Assembly (NCBI GenBank): GCA_965202585.1 | Contig: OZ241828.1 | Coordinates: forward strand, 70,928,001-70,992,000 | Direction: 5' to 3' | Source of the DNA: Thalia democratica | Taxonomy: Eukaryota | DNA: 64,000 nucleotides | Shown here: positions 1 through 12,100 of the stretch, one piece after another | Numbering within the stretch: the stretch's first letter is position 1 | Layout of the letters: every line of letters starts with the position of its first letter | Made by a program: the position numbers and the translations under genes | The notes under the pieces: model-generated | What the model was told of the DNA's origin: nothing | The model's database searches: none | What the model saw: the letters and a program-made list of their open reading frames with translations, nothing else

Positions 1-121
1 ATGTGACGAACAAAGTTTAGGCTTCTATAAAGAAAACCATCAGTTTATTAACATCGATAAATACACTATAAATTAGCAGCAAACAGTCTTGTATTGATGC
101 TGATGGTGAAAATATTTTCTT

Positions 122-2190
122 CTATTCAATGTATTGCCTGCCCATTCGTTTGCATGCCTCCCTATGAACAAAAAAACTATATTTTAAAATATTGCTACCA
201 AAACTAAACGTTGTTTTAACTTTAAGAAGTCATTTTGAATTAAAGTACTAGCAGAGTGCAGAAAATAATGTTTTTTCAATAATTATGTTCAGTTATTACT
301 AACTATATTAAGTTAAGTTATTGTTAACATAAAATATGATTAACTATAAAATTTTAATTTTTTGTAGTTTTATTACAAAGTTTATCTTATAACTTCTTCA
401 ACCAGCCATAATTATTTTAAAGTATATATACATACATAAATATAATTGCATAATAGTTTTTAAGTCTACGATACAGTTGGAATACAGATTTAAAATATAT
501 ACCTCATTACATCTTCAGCCGACCAAGGTTCACTTCCCTGAGGAGTTCTGTCTTGTTGCTGAATCCTGAATTTATTTATAATTGTTATATATGTTAATTA
601 CAATTTCAAAAATGTAGAGTGTATAAAAAGATTTTGTTCATTTACAATAATTGTATACCAATTTCCGCAAAAAATAAAATTTCTACTTAGATAGTTTAAA
701 GTAAGAAGTTTGTTAATTAAACCAATATATAAGATACACAGCGTTTCACTGGGCAAACTCAAAGCTATAGTAGTAGATTGACTTTTTAGCACTGAAGTGA
801 TTAATAATTAATCTGTATTAGACATATTTTATAGCTTATAGGAAAAATGTAAACTTTTAAACTTTAAAAGTATAGACTAATGTTAGGTTTTTGTTAAGTT
901 TATAAAACGTTACATGTTGCTTGATGAATTTTGCTGCCTCATTGCATTTCCATTTGTATTCCTGTTAATGTTTATGTTATAAATGTATAAAATAATATAC
1001 TAAAAATGCTGTTGTTTGAAATTTGTTGATAGAAAATCGTGTTACTTAAAAAAAAAGTTAATTAAAAAAATTATTTACAACAATAACAATGTAGGATTAA
1101 ACTTAAATATAAGAAACTGTATAAATAACTAATAAATTTAAAATTAGCATAGGTTTAAACTGTTGTTAAGTGTTAAAATTGCAAAAATTAAAACATACTT
1201 CTTGTTACTTGTTGAGTGGTAACTCTTATACTTCTTCGCGGCCTTTGAAACATTGTGGATCCTGTCTGATTGGTAGTCTTGAAAGTGGTTGTTGTATTTC
1301 GAGCTCTGGTCTCTCAACTGAGCGTACCTGCTTTTTCCCGCGCTCTTGTCGACAGGGTAACCGAACTTGTCAATTGTGACACTTTTCACCTTTTTGCTTG
1401 AGTCGTTTGGAGCCTTGTTCTCAGCTTTAACCGAGTTGAGCTTCAAACTTTGCTGCCTCATTTGAGAGTATCTGGTCCCGCTCACATTCTTGTCGACAGG
1501 GTAACCGAACTTGTCAATCGTGACTTTTTTCAACTTTTTGCTCGAGCCATAACTGCTTTGGTTTTTCATCGCTCCCGATTTGTTCGCAACCGATTTCTTC
1601 AGCGTTTCACCTTCGTTCTTGGGATTATTAAAGCAGTCGAGTTGGACTTTCTTCAAGCTTTTGATTGATCTCGACGGCTCATTTTTGCCCCAGTTTCTCT
1701 TGGCGATTTCAATCGAGTCATTCACTTTGCTTGCCAAACCTGATTTGCTGAGACCGTAAACGTTGTCTGCTGATCTGTAAGAACCACTCTGGGTTACGTA
1801 ACCACCTTGAGATACTTTTCTGTTGCTGAAAAGTTTGTTTAAATACTGACTTGAATTTCTCATTGTGGCATCAGATTTAGAGTGAAAAAGGTCTGAACTT
1901 TGCGGTGTACTAAAACCAGCTGTGGCGGAAACTTGCTTCCAGAAGTTGGAAACTGAGCCCAACAGACCGGAACTGTGAGAAGGATCTATTTTGAAACTTT
2001 TAAAGGAATGTACTAAACTGCTCCTCGAAGGATTAAATTTCCTGCTAATTGACTTGGAGCTCATCATGGAAGAGCTTGTTATTCCTCGTGACAAACTACC
2101 AGATCTGCTGCTTGCATACGACGGCGTGGAGGCGTGGCAATGAGGTCCTTCACACGATGAAGATGAAGTAGTATTCTGGTCTTGCGGCAT
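122..2190 (-). CDS. Ser/Lys-rich low-complexity protein of unknown function, paralog 1 (3 exons, 364 aa)
   Basis: Exons 2190-1199, 565-503 and 161-122. Phase-2 donor AA|GTATGT at 1198, acceptor TTCAG| at 566, donor AG|GTATAT at 502, acceptor CATAG| at 162. The spliced tail reads KIQQQDRTPQGSEPWSAEDVMREACKRMGRQYIE*. It is homologous to the paralog 3 tail, with the same 63-nt middle exon and the same phases. The exons are GC-rich islands in AT-rich flanks. Confidence 0.8.
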
Positions 2191-2583
2191 TTTAGACTAA
2201 TTTATCTGTGTTTAAGGGTTTTTGGCATAACAAAAATTAATAAAAAGAAAGGGTAAGAATGAAACATTTAAAACACTTATAGATATGTACACAGTTTACT
2301 ACAAATTTTCAAATTCAAAAAAAGACAAAAAAAAATTATACAATCTATTGCTTCTTTTTTAGCTGTTCTAGCTAGAAATAAGTTGTTTATGCATAACATT
2401 AAAGTTCAGGACACGGTAAGTATTGATTTAGGATTATAACAGGCTCTCCATTAGTAAGTCAAAAAAAAATGTTCTAGTGCAGACATGGTAACAACCTAGT
2501 GACCAATACTTGTCCTATATCACCGTGAGTATTTTTAAATCCACATTTTTTATAACTTTTTAAAGTCAATAAAAATATAGTTA

Positions 2584-3389
2584 CAGGGTTGCCACTCGTT
2601 TTTTCAAATTTTTTTCCAAGTTTTCCAAACATCTTCCAGGTACTTATAAGTACCCATTTTTGGTCTGTTTTTAGATTAAAGTTAAGTTTAAGGTAAGAAA
2701 ATGTGTTTAATAATATCAAAATATTGAAAAGATACTGTGAACAGGGTTGCCACTAATTTCTTCAAATTTTTTTTCAAGGTTTTTCAAATTTTTTTCAGGT
2801 TTTTAAATGTTTAAATTTTTGGGCCTGGTTAGTTTAAAATTAAGTTTAAGGTAAGAGACCGTTTAAATAGAATAAAAAAATTGAAAAGATACTGTAAAAA
2901 AAAAAAGTATGATGACAAAAATCTTCTATTTATATGATAAACTTTTTAAAGTAAAATCGAAATTTACTACTGAATATGTGAACATTGTTAAAATTACAGG
3001 TTTTTTTAACGATTTTGTTCAAAATTCCAATTTTTTTTCAGGTTTTTTTCATAATTTACTAAACTCCAGGTTTTTCCAGGTTTTATTTTGCCTAAATTAT
3101 CAAATTCCAAGTTTTCTCAGGTAAAATGGCAACCCTGTATAAAGCTTCTATAAATATATTTTTGAATAAAAATTTTTTGATGGTGTAAAAGTTTATTTTA
3201 TTTATATGATAATTATACAACTAAACATGTAAAAACTGATAAAATTTTAGGTTTTTCCAGGTTTTATTTTATGATTTTGTTGAAAATTTTAGTTAATTTT
3301 TTGAAATTTTCTCAAATTCCAAATTTTTCCATTTTTTTTTTGCTTAAATTGTCAAGTACTAGATTTTTCCAGGTAAAGTAGCAACCCAG
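2584..3389. mobile_element. Cluster of hAT-like MITE copies with CAGGGTTGCCA termini
   Basis: CAGGGTTGCCA at 2584 and 2742; reverse complement TGGCAACCCTG ends at 3137, with a degenerate end near 3389. The internal sequence recurs at 4821-5400. No clear TSD; the superfamily is inferred from the CAGGG terminus. Confidence 0.5.
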
Positions 3390-3661
3390 TAGTTATTTAA
3401 AAAGTTTGTTAAAGCAAGAAAATATTAAAAATAGATAAACTAAACCTCACTGAAAATCTAGAAAAATACAGGTTTGAGATTTTTTAAAATGCTTAAAACT
3501 GTCCTGAATCCTCAGTTATTAAAAAAAAAAAACTAAATTGTCCTGAGTCATCCTGAACTTATTAGAAACAATTTAACCTGACCTGAATTATCCTGAGTAT
3601 CCTGAGTGTGCGGAGACTCTGTTATATCCAAAAACTACAATATTACTAACAATTAGTACAT

Positions 3662-4560
3662 TGATAGATAGTCGCAAGGATAAACAAATAAATTTACTCC
3701 ACAAAATAATCAAAAATAAAGTTGTGGAAGAAAGTTAGTCAAAAAATAGCAAATTGTTGAGATTGGATCAACTATATCTTATTCAAGATCTAGAAAATAA
3801 ATATCTGAAATTTTTAAAAAGTCTTTAATCCATTCTCGGTTTTTTATAAAAAAGACCAAACAGGTCTGTGTTAGCCTGGGTTATCTAAGCTATCTTAAGT
3901 CGTCCGGATAATTAAAAAAATTATAAGTTATCTCGACTTATCTGAGTGTGTGATAACATGTTTATTAGAAAATTTCACACGTTTTTAACTATAACATTTT
4001 ATGGTATATTTACATTAATATCCGAGCTAAAAAAAAATTATATCCAGAAAAAAAAATACTGGCCTAAAGTTTCAAAAACGAAAAAGTTATCCAGGTTACT
4101 AGCATGTAGTGTATAGATAGATAGTCGCAAGGTTAAAAAAAATAAATACTTCACATAAGTATGAAAAATAAAGTTGTGGAAGAAAGTTAGTCAAAAAATA
4201 GCAAATTGTTGATTGGATCAACTAAATCTTATTTAAGATCTAGAAAAAAATTGTCTGATATTTAGAATTTTTATAAATATATTCTCAATTTTTGTTAAAA
4301 AGACAACACAGGTCTGTGTTAGCCTGGGTTGAACAAATAAACTTTCCTGAGTTATTTGAGCTATCTTGAGTCGTCCGGATAATTGAAAAAAATGATAAGC
4401 TATCTCGACTTATCTGAGTGTGTGATAACCCTGTTTATAAGAAAAATTCCGCTTGTTTTTAAGTGTAAGATTTTAAGGTATATTTACATTATATACTCCA
4501 AAACAACTAAAAATTTAGATTAAGAAAAAAAAAACTGGCCTAAAATTAAAAAAAATTAAA
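3662..4560. repeat. Tandem duplication, unit about 450 bp
   Basis: GATAGATAGTCGCAAGG...AAAGTTGTGGAAGAAAGTTAGTCAAAAAATAGCAAATTGTTG...CAGGTCTGTGTTAGCCTGGGTT...CTCGACTTATCTGAGTGTGTGATAAC occurs from about 3662 and again from about 4115. Confidence 0.85.
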
Positions 4561-4820
4561 TTAAAAAAGAACCAAACATGACAACTTGGAATTAAAAAAC
4601 CATTTAAAGTTTGATCTTGATATCTTTCTCACATCATTACCAGCAAGTATTTTAATAATGAGCTGATCAAGCTGAAGTAAGGGAACACAATTTTATTTTT
4701 TCATATGTATTTGTATTGTACAGGTTTAACTTATTATTTTTTTATCATAAAAACAGCAAGAAAAAACAAAAACAAACATCATTAAATTTTTTGTTTTAAC
4801 TTAGTTCAATTCACTAATAA

Positions 4821-5400
4821 CAGGGTTGCTAAATGTAATTATCAAATTTTCTCCAGGTTTTAAAATTTCCCTCAGGTTTTTAAAAGTACACAATTTTTGG
4901 TCTATTTCTAGGTTAAAGTTCAGTTTGAGGTAAGAAAATGTGTTAAATAGCATAAAAACACTGAAAAGATACTGTAAAGCTACTTTAATTGTGTTTTTTG
5001 ATAAAAAAAATTTGGATGATGACAAAAAAAAGCTATCTATAGGATAACTTTATATTATTATTATTATTATTATTTTTTTTATCTTTCCCATTAACAACCC
5101 AGTTGAAGTGTGTTGATTCGTTAACACACAGAAACATATGTTGGTAGAATAAAGGAAGATTACTGTATAATTTGTTTTTATCTATAGAATAGAATTTTTG
5201 TGTTAAATTGAAATTTTACTACTTTTATGAAAATTATTAGAAATTCCAGGTTTTTCCAGATATTTTTAGTGATTTTGTTCAAAATTCTAGTTTTTTCTAG
5301 GTTTTTTTTCAAAACTTCTCAAATTCCAGGTTTTTAGCCTAAATTGTCAAGTTAAAGGTTTTCTAGATTATTCCAGGTTTTTCCAGGATTTCAGTTTTAT
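4821..5400. mobile_element. Further copy of the CAGGGTTG-terminated MITE family
   Basis: Starts with CAGGGTTGCT at 4821 and matches 2584-2740 (AAGGTAAGAAAATGTG...GAAAAGATACTGT). It also contains the CCAGGTTTTT subrepeats seen at 2990-3125. Confidence 0.45.
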
Positions 5401-8098
5401 GGCTGTTTTAAAAATTTTAATGTTGCTAATATAGTTATTTTTCATGGTTTAAAAATATATTTTAATTCTTCAATCACTTATTGTTTGAAAACTTTTTAGG
5501 TTCTTCCATTAATGACAATGAAAAAAATACTAATTTCATAATACATGTCTTGAAAAAGGAATAACTTTAAGATTTGTTACCATTGTATATTTATATTAAA
5601 AAAAGTTTTACAACTGAATATGACAAAATACACTACTCTTGGCTATGCTGTTAATAAATAAAATTAAACTTATACTTTTTTAAGTCTCTACTTTAGAAAA
5701 AACCTTTTTCTTAGAATTGGTTTAAGTTATAAGCATAAAAAAAAAGTTAAGTCATATTATAATTTTTTTTTAATTACTTATAGTTATCATTTATTTATTT
5801 AAGCCTAAAAAAAACTTAATTCTTGCTAAGTTCTGTACATAATTTTTTAATCGAATAAAAATATATTTTTTCAATTAAAGAAATATAACAAAGTAATAAA
5901 AAATCTTTTTACTAAAGAGCCAATAAAACAATGTGCAACATTCGTTACAACTGGGAGCCTATTTTGAATAAATGCAAAATAAGATAGTAAAATAAACTGT
6001 ACTAAGCTTAGTTTTGCAAATAAAGAACATAAGATGATAAATTTCATCATGGTAAGCTTTTTTATACAGTATGTTTTCTACATTTTTTACAATCAGCTTT
6101 ACGCTTGAGTTATACAACTTATTTCTCTTTTATAGCTCTTTTATATTCACTCAGCATAAAAATGACTCCATTTGACATGCTCCCAAACATCAAAAAAACA
6201 AAACTATTGCAACTGTGCGACAAGGCTAAGATAATAGTTTAAATTTACTTGTATTTAAGAGAAGACAATAAAGTTAACTTTTAACCATTTATCAGTTAAC
6301 TCTATCATGTGTAAAAATTTTTCTTTTTTATTAGTTTTAGTGTACGTAAATATTTAATGTTGTATAAAAAATTTAAGACTACTTAAAATGGACTATTCCT
6401 GAAAACTAGTAATAAGGTAACTGTTAGAAATTGATATAATAGTCTGAACTTTTTACTTTGACCAGGTATTGTAAATACCAAAATAACTGTAAATTGTGAT
6501 CTGTTTTACACAGCTCGATAAATTCTTATTTATTTAATACATTTAGATGCTAAGGTATGTTAAAACATAAATATCTTCTTATTCACACTGTAGATGCTAA
6601 ACAGTTCAGAACATAGCATTTTTTACGAAATTTAAAACTAACTGTGATTAACGTTAACTCATAACTTTAAAAGCATTTTACAATTCTACAAAGTTTTAAA
6701 ATATTTAAGTACTTATGATCTTTTGTAAAAGAGTCAAAATAAAACTGATTTGTTCGTGCTAAGGTGAGATATTTTGTTACAGTTTTATTTAACTGCCTTA
6801 TTACATTCTAAAGGTACTTTCACTAGCTTTTATACAAGCTTATAAGTTTTTATCTTCTTATAACTTAGTAACTTAAACTTTTAACTTTAATTCAACTAGT
6901 TTTGACATTTGTTATGGTGATAATAATATGTTTGTTTCAGTTATAATTCAATTATGCACAATTTGTTCTAAACTGTGATCTTTTAATTTTCTGTAACATT
7001 GTATCTGATGTTGTGTTTTAATTGTAAAAAGGGTCATTAAGTGTAAAGCTCTCTAGCAATTTATTGTTTAAATCTCAATAAATTGTATCTGAACACGAAT
7101 CAAAGTCTATTTTCCTTGTAAGTAAGTTTACTTAGCTTTTGAAAGACTAACTAGTATAAACCTTTATTATTAATAAGTTAAAACTTGAAAATTTTATAAA
7201 CAAAAAGTAAAAATTGCCACTTTTGTTAAGAATTAAGTTATTGCAATCGTTTGAAAAATACTCAACTTAAATTTTACTTGTAATGAGACTACGCAAACTT
7301 TAAACTTTAAGTATCTAAAAGTATTATTTTGTTTTTAAAGCCCATCAAAAATGGCTTTACTTCAATAAGCAACATGTTAAAATGCTATAATTTTAGAATA
7401 CAAAGAATTTATATCTAATTTTTCCGGTATATCATTATTTTTTTAATACAAGAACCATTCAATTAGTTACAATGGTTACAGATTTTTTAAGTAGAAATAA
7501 AGTTATTTGAAGTGAAACAACAAAAACGTTTAGAAAACAATCTAATTTTGAAAATTGCATTAAACATGTTATAATTTTATATTTTAATATATTTAAGCTA
7601 ATTACAACAGACATACATTATGGTATCGATTAGTTATCATAAACGATATACATTAAAGTTCTTTCACAAGGCTTTAACATTTATTATCATTAGTAAATGA
7701 TAAATATTAGAAAAAAGAAAACGAAATAGGCTTTTAATTATTTATGCTAACAATAACCAAAAAGTAGAGAAAGCATATACATTACAATTTTAACAAGTTA
7801 AACAAAAAAAGATGTTTCTTGCCGTTTTTGTTTGATTGCCCTATAAAGATTCCAACACCGTAGCTTCTACCTTCTGTTAAAAAACACAATAATTTATAAA
7901 AGAGTGTAAAAAATTTGTGTAACTTTATGATGGGAGTATAAGTGAAAAATAAAAGCACATTTTAACTAACATTTAGCTCCTAAAAATTGTTTTTCAGTAA
8001 TTTTAAACATCTGATACTACGAATTTATTTCAAAAGTTTAAAGAATAAAATTAATAATAAGAACATTTAGTATTAATAATATAAAAATACTTGCTGCT

Positions 8099-9139
8099 TC
8101 ATAAATTGTAGCTTGAATTGTCAACGGAACTTTTCAAATGTTTTGAAGTCTTTGAACTCCTTCCGCTTCTATTCGCATGGTAATTTGAAAAATACTTGTT
8201 TCTTGAAGAACTCTGATCTCTAAGTTGAGCGTACTCGCTTTTGCTTATACTCTTGTTAGTAGGATCCCCAAATCTTTCCAGTTTGACTTTTTTTAGCGTC
8301 TTACTTGAACTTGTTGGCACTTTGCTGCTACTCTTCATGATTTCAGTTGAGTCATTAACTTTACCTACTACACCTGAGCTGCTGGGAGTTATAGACTTGT
8401 AAAAATTTTCAGAACTGTTTCCACCAAGAGGTATTCCTTCGCCATCGAGCTTTATCTTGTTTGGTTTTTGAACCGAAGAAGACCCTAGTTTGTTTTTTGG
8501 ATTCAAAATCCTGTTTGTTGAAGCTGGACCACGAGAGTAAACAGATTTGCTTCTGAAATGAATGTTGTTCGTTTTCATCTGACTGACAGAAAATGTTGGT
8601 AGAGGTCGAAAAGAGACGTCTTTGTTGTTCGAGTCGTCAAGCTTCACACCACTCTTGTTGACGTCAGAACTTCGGAGAACTTTGTTGCTGCTGTTGTTTT
8701 GCGATACTTTGTTTGAACTGCCTTCTATTTTGATGCTGTTAACAGATTTAGTCAAACTGCTCAAGGAAGCCTCAGAATTTTCTGTATTTGCCGGGCTTTT
8801 CGGTTTTCTCAAACCCATTGATATGGAAAGTTTCTTCCAAGAACCGGATATCGAGTTTAACAGACCAGATTTTTTGGAAGAAGTCAAGTTTCCACTGTTC
8901 AACGTGCTTTTTGTTACCAAACTGCTCTTTGAAGGGTTTAGTTTTGCGCTCGTTAACTTTGAGCTCGTCATCATGGAAGAGTTTGTTATTCCTCGTGACA
9001 AACTACCCGATCTGCTGCTTACGTACGACGGCTGAAAAGGTGTGGCGTCACAGTTCGATTGTGCAGGCGATGACGTAGAATCCGTGACGTCATTAGGAAC
9101 TTTTGCATTAATGAATGAAGTAAATTCCGCATCCGACAT
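8099..9139 (-). CDS. Ser/Lys-rich protein, paralog 2 (346 aa; lacks the conserved C-terminal domain)
   Basis: Long GC-elevated ORF. It shares PSY(V)SSRSGSLSRGIT(N)SSMM with both paralogs, SSVQKPxKIKLD with paralog 3 and FGxP...SxYAQLRDQSS with paralog 1. The TGA lies 8 nt before a phase-2 donor (AA|GTATTT at 8090). Confidence 0.72.
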   Translation of the reverse strand: MSDAEFTSFINAKVPNDVTDSTSSPAQSNCDATPFQPSYVSSRSGSLSRGITNSSMMTSSKLTSAKLNPSKSSLVTKSTLNSGNLTSSKKSGLLNSISGSWKKLSISMGLRKPKSPANTENSEASLSSLTKSVNSIKIEGSSNKVSQNNSSNKVLRSSDVNKSGVKLDDSNNKDVSFRPLPTFSVSQMKTNNIHFRSKSVYSRGPASTNRILNPKNKLGSSSVQKPNKIKLDGEGIPLGGNSSENFYKSITPSSSGVVGKVNDSTEIMKSSSKVPTSSSKTLKKVKLERFGDPTNKSISKSEYAQLRDQSSSRNKYFSNYHANRSGRSSKTSKHLKSSVDNSSYNL

Positions 9140-12100
9140 TATAATAAGCTTTTATGTATTATTTCTTGTTTTAATTTAAATTAATTTACTTTAAAGTTTT
9201 AGTAAATATAAACTATAATAATATTCGAAATGACATCCAGTCTTATTTTAAAATTTATTGTTTTTGCACATAAATTTAAAAGAATAAAAACTTCTACATT
9301 AATTAAAAATTAAAGTCTATGTATATAAAAGTATTATGTTCGTGTAATCATTATAAGTTAGAGGATGATAGATAATGAACTTATAGATTTTTAAAAACGT
9401 CGAAAAAGATGTTAAAGTTGCTAAAAATAAAAGATTAAAATACACAATACCTAAGTATAACATTTCTTAAACAAAACAGAAACCTTAAAACTAAAACCTA
9501 TTTAGAATAACTAAAAGCTAACAAGATTTTATTCAGCTTCATATTATTGATACTGTATTAACAAAACAATTTAACTACCAAAGCAACTAAATATAACCTA
9601 ATTTATTAAAATATATTTAGTTTTGGAGTTTTTTCGATTATTTAAATTATCTAATAAACTTGTTTGGAAAAATGCTATTTTATTATTTTCTATAAATTTT
9701 TAACATTTCTAAACAATATGATACTTATTAATTGTTTAAAACGAGGTCAGAATAAAATACTGATATTGATTCGATTTACAAGCTTGTTTTATTTACATCA
9801 GTTATATTAAGTACTTTTACAGTTTTATTTAGTGCTCATAGAAATAAATTACATGTTTTTATATTAAGTATGACTTTTAAAGTTCCAACCAACATACTAA
9901 CTTATTATTAATTATTTGATTATTTTAAATTGAAAATACTTGCAATATACTTTGTAGTTATTAATATGCTTTTAATAAACAAGAATACATCCACCATCTG
10001 TACAAATTTTTTTTTTTCAATTAAAAAATTCTAGAAGTATTTCAGGTTGTAAATAAAAATAAGAGTTTTCTTAGTTCCTACAAAACAATCACACAATTTT
10101 GGCTAAAATTACTAAAATCAACTTTTTTATTAACTGCTACTGCTATAAAATAAAAAAACTAATCAACATATTCTTAAAAAAGTAAATAACGGATTTCTTT
10201 ATAACAAATAAAATTTGAAATGTACTTATAATACGATATACGTGTTGTTGTACAACTGAATTGAAAGTTGTTACAAAAACAATGAAACAAATTATGCTAA
10301 AAATTAATTATCAAAAAAATATTATGAAAAAAAGTTACATCAGTGTGAGCTCTTTTAATACATTTGATAATTTTTAATCTAAGCTTATTTAATTAGTAAC
10401 TATATATTTCCTGCAATAACTTAAAAGCATTCTTGCATTCATTTGTAACTTTATTACAATAAATTACATTTAAATTTTAATCAGTAAAGCTTTAAAAAGG
10501 TTACTTCAATTTTAGTTTACTGCCACACAGTGGTCATGCACTAACTTTAAAAAATATTAGCCAGAAAGCGAAGATTCTATCACATTTAAAGGTTCAAACC
10601 AAATTTAAAATTTGCCAGATATTTTATAACAGTTGGCGTGAGGCGGTTTGAAGCGTTATTGTAAAAATCAAGTTTTTATGTATTCAAAAGTAGAAAATTA
10701 ACCGCCTAAGCCAAATCATTTTAAAATCTGCTTTAAATTTTTAAGTATTTACTAATGTTATATATATTTTTAAAAACATGTTCAAAGTTTTGTCTTATAA
10801 GTTAACGTAAAATAACTATCAAGTTTGTTTGAGAATCTATGTACAAAATAAAACAATTTTTTTTTAACTTCATTGTCGTTAAAGAAGTAAACCTAGGAAG
10901 ATAATGGTACAATACGAATTAGCTAAAAATATAAAAGTATTTTTGAATTTTTAAAATCAAACGTTTTGTAAACTTTTGTATTTAAGAATATTTGCAAAAT
11001 ATAATTTATTTAGATATCATAAACAGTTTTAGCGAGTTCTTTGAAAATTTACTAAAGAATTAAATACAAAAAAGATTTTTAAGTAATTCTAGGATAAAAT
11101 ATAAATTTTCATAATCTAAACTGTACATTTACATTCCGTTACGACAAAAAGTTTAAAATGAACCTAGGTTTTCATATAAAAAAGCATAAAGAAAAACTCA
11201 TCATGACAAGTGTTGTTCTATATTTCCTACTTAATTTTAAAGAAAACCCTATTTTCGGCTGTATTTTAGCTAGTACTTTAATTTACTTACGAACTTTTAC
11301 TTTATAAAAAAATGTATTCTGCAAAGAACACTTTTTTTACAATCAAAAAGTATAAGAAAATTCTTTTTATTAAAAAAGAGTAAAAAAAAAAAACACAAAT
11401 GAACATAAAAAAATAACAAAACTTAGGCTAAAACTAGAAAAAAGATAACTAAACACATACGAAAAACAATTAAAACTAAAAGCATAAGAGTTTCCAACCG
11501 TTGTTCGAATCTAAGACCGTCTACAGTTTATCAAACTAACAGGCTTACTAGATTTTTGATGTTTATGCTTACAACACCTATAAACAAATGCGCGATCAGA
11601 AAAAATAAAAGCCGTTTAATACAGAAAACAAAGGATATTTCTCTTTTGATACGTACATAATTTTTTATTACTTAAACAATAACTTATTTCCTTTTAAAAA
11701 AATTAAAAATGTCTACTAAGGTAGACTAAACTCATAATTTTTATTTTTGTCTTAAATAAAATTCACTACTATTTTGTACATTTCCACGAATAAGTTTAAT
11801 TACTATTGAATTCTTTTGATCTTTTATGATAAAAAACACGGTGTCGTTATAAACTCAAATAAATCTTTTGTTAATCTGCTGTGAAAAAGTTTAAGATAAA
11901 ATACTTAAACCTTTAAAAGTATTGATAAACTGATTTTATCCTTAATAAGTTTTCAAAGTTTGTTATATATTCTAAAGATTTTTTTTTTGAAAAAGAAAAA
12001 ATAAATTGTTAACGAATAACTTTAAATATCCTAACACTGTGTGCATTTGATACATTGTATATCAGTTGTTTTAAAATAAATTCATGCTATCATTAAAAAA

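Noticed and set aside
8622-9078. Plus-strand ORFs 8622-9035 (137 aa) and 8788-9078
   Set aside because: Antisense shadows of paralog 2; Ser/Lys codon bias keeps the opposite frames open. The same applies to 1170-1379, 1450-1668, 15932-16183, 16406-16681 and 16709-16909.
11480-11520. GTTCGAATC B-box-like motif
   Set aside because: No A box, cloverleaf or acceptor stem; not a tRNA.
10526-12043. CACAGTG ... CACTGTG pair resembling Transib/RSS termini, with a 15-bp internal inverted repeat near 10634 and 10699
   Set aside because: Similarity stops after the heptamer, the 5-bp flanks differ (TGCCA versus TGCAT) and there is no transposase trace.
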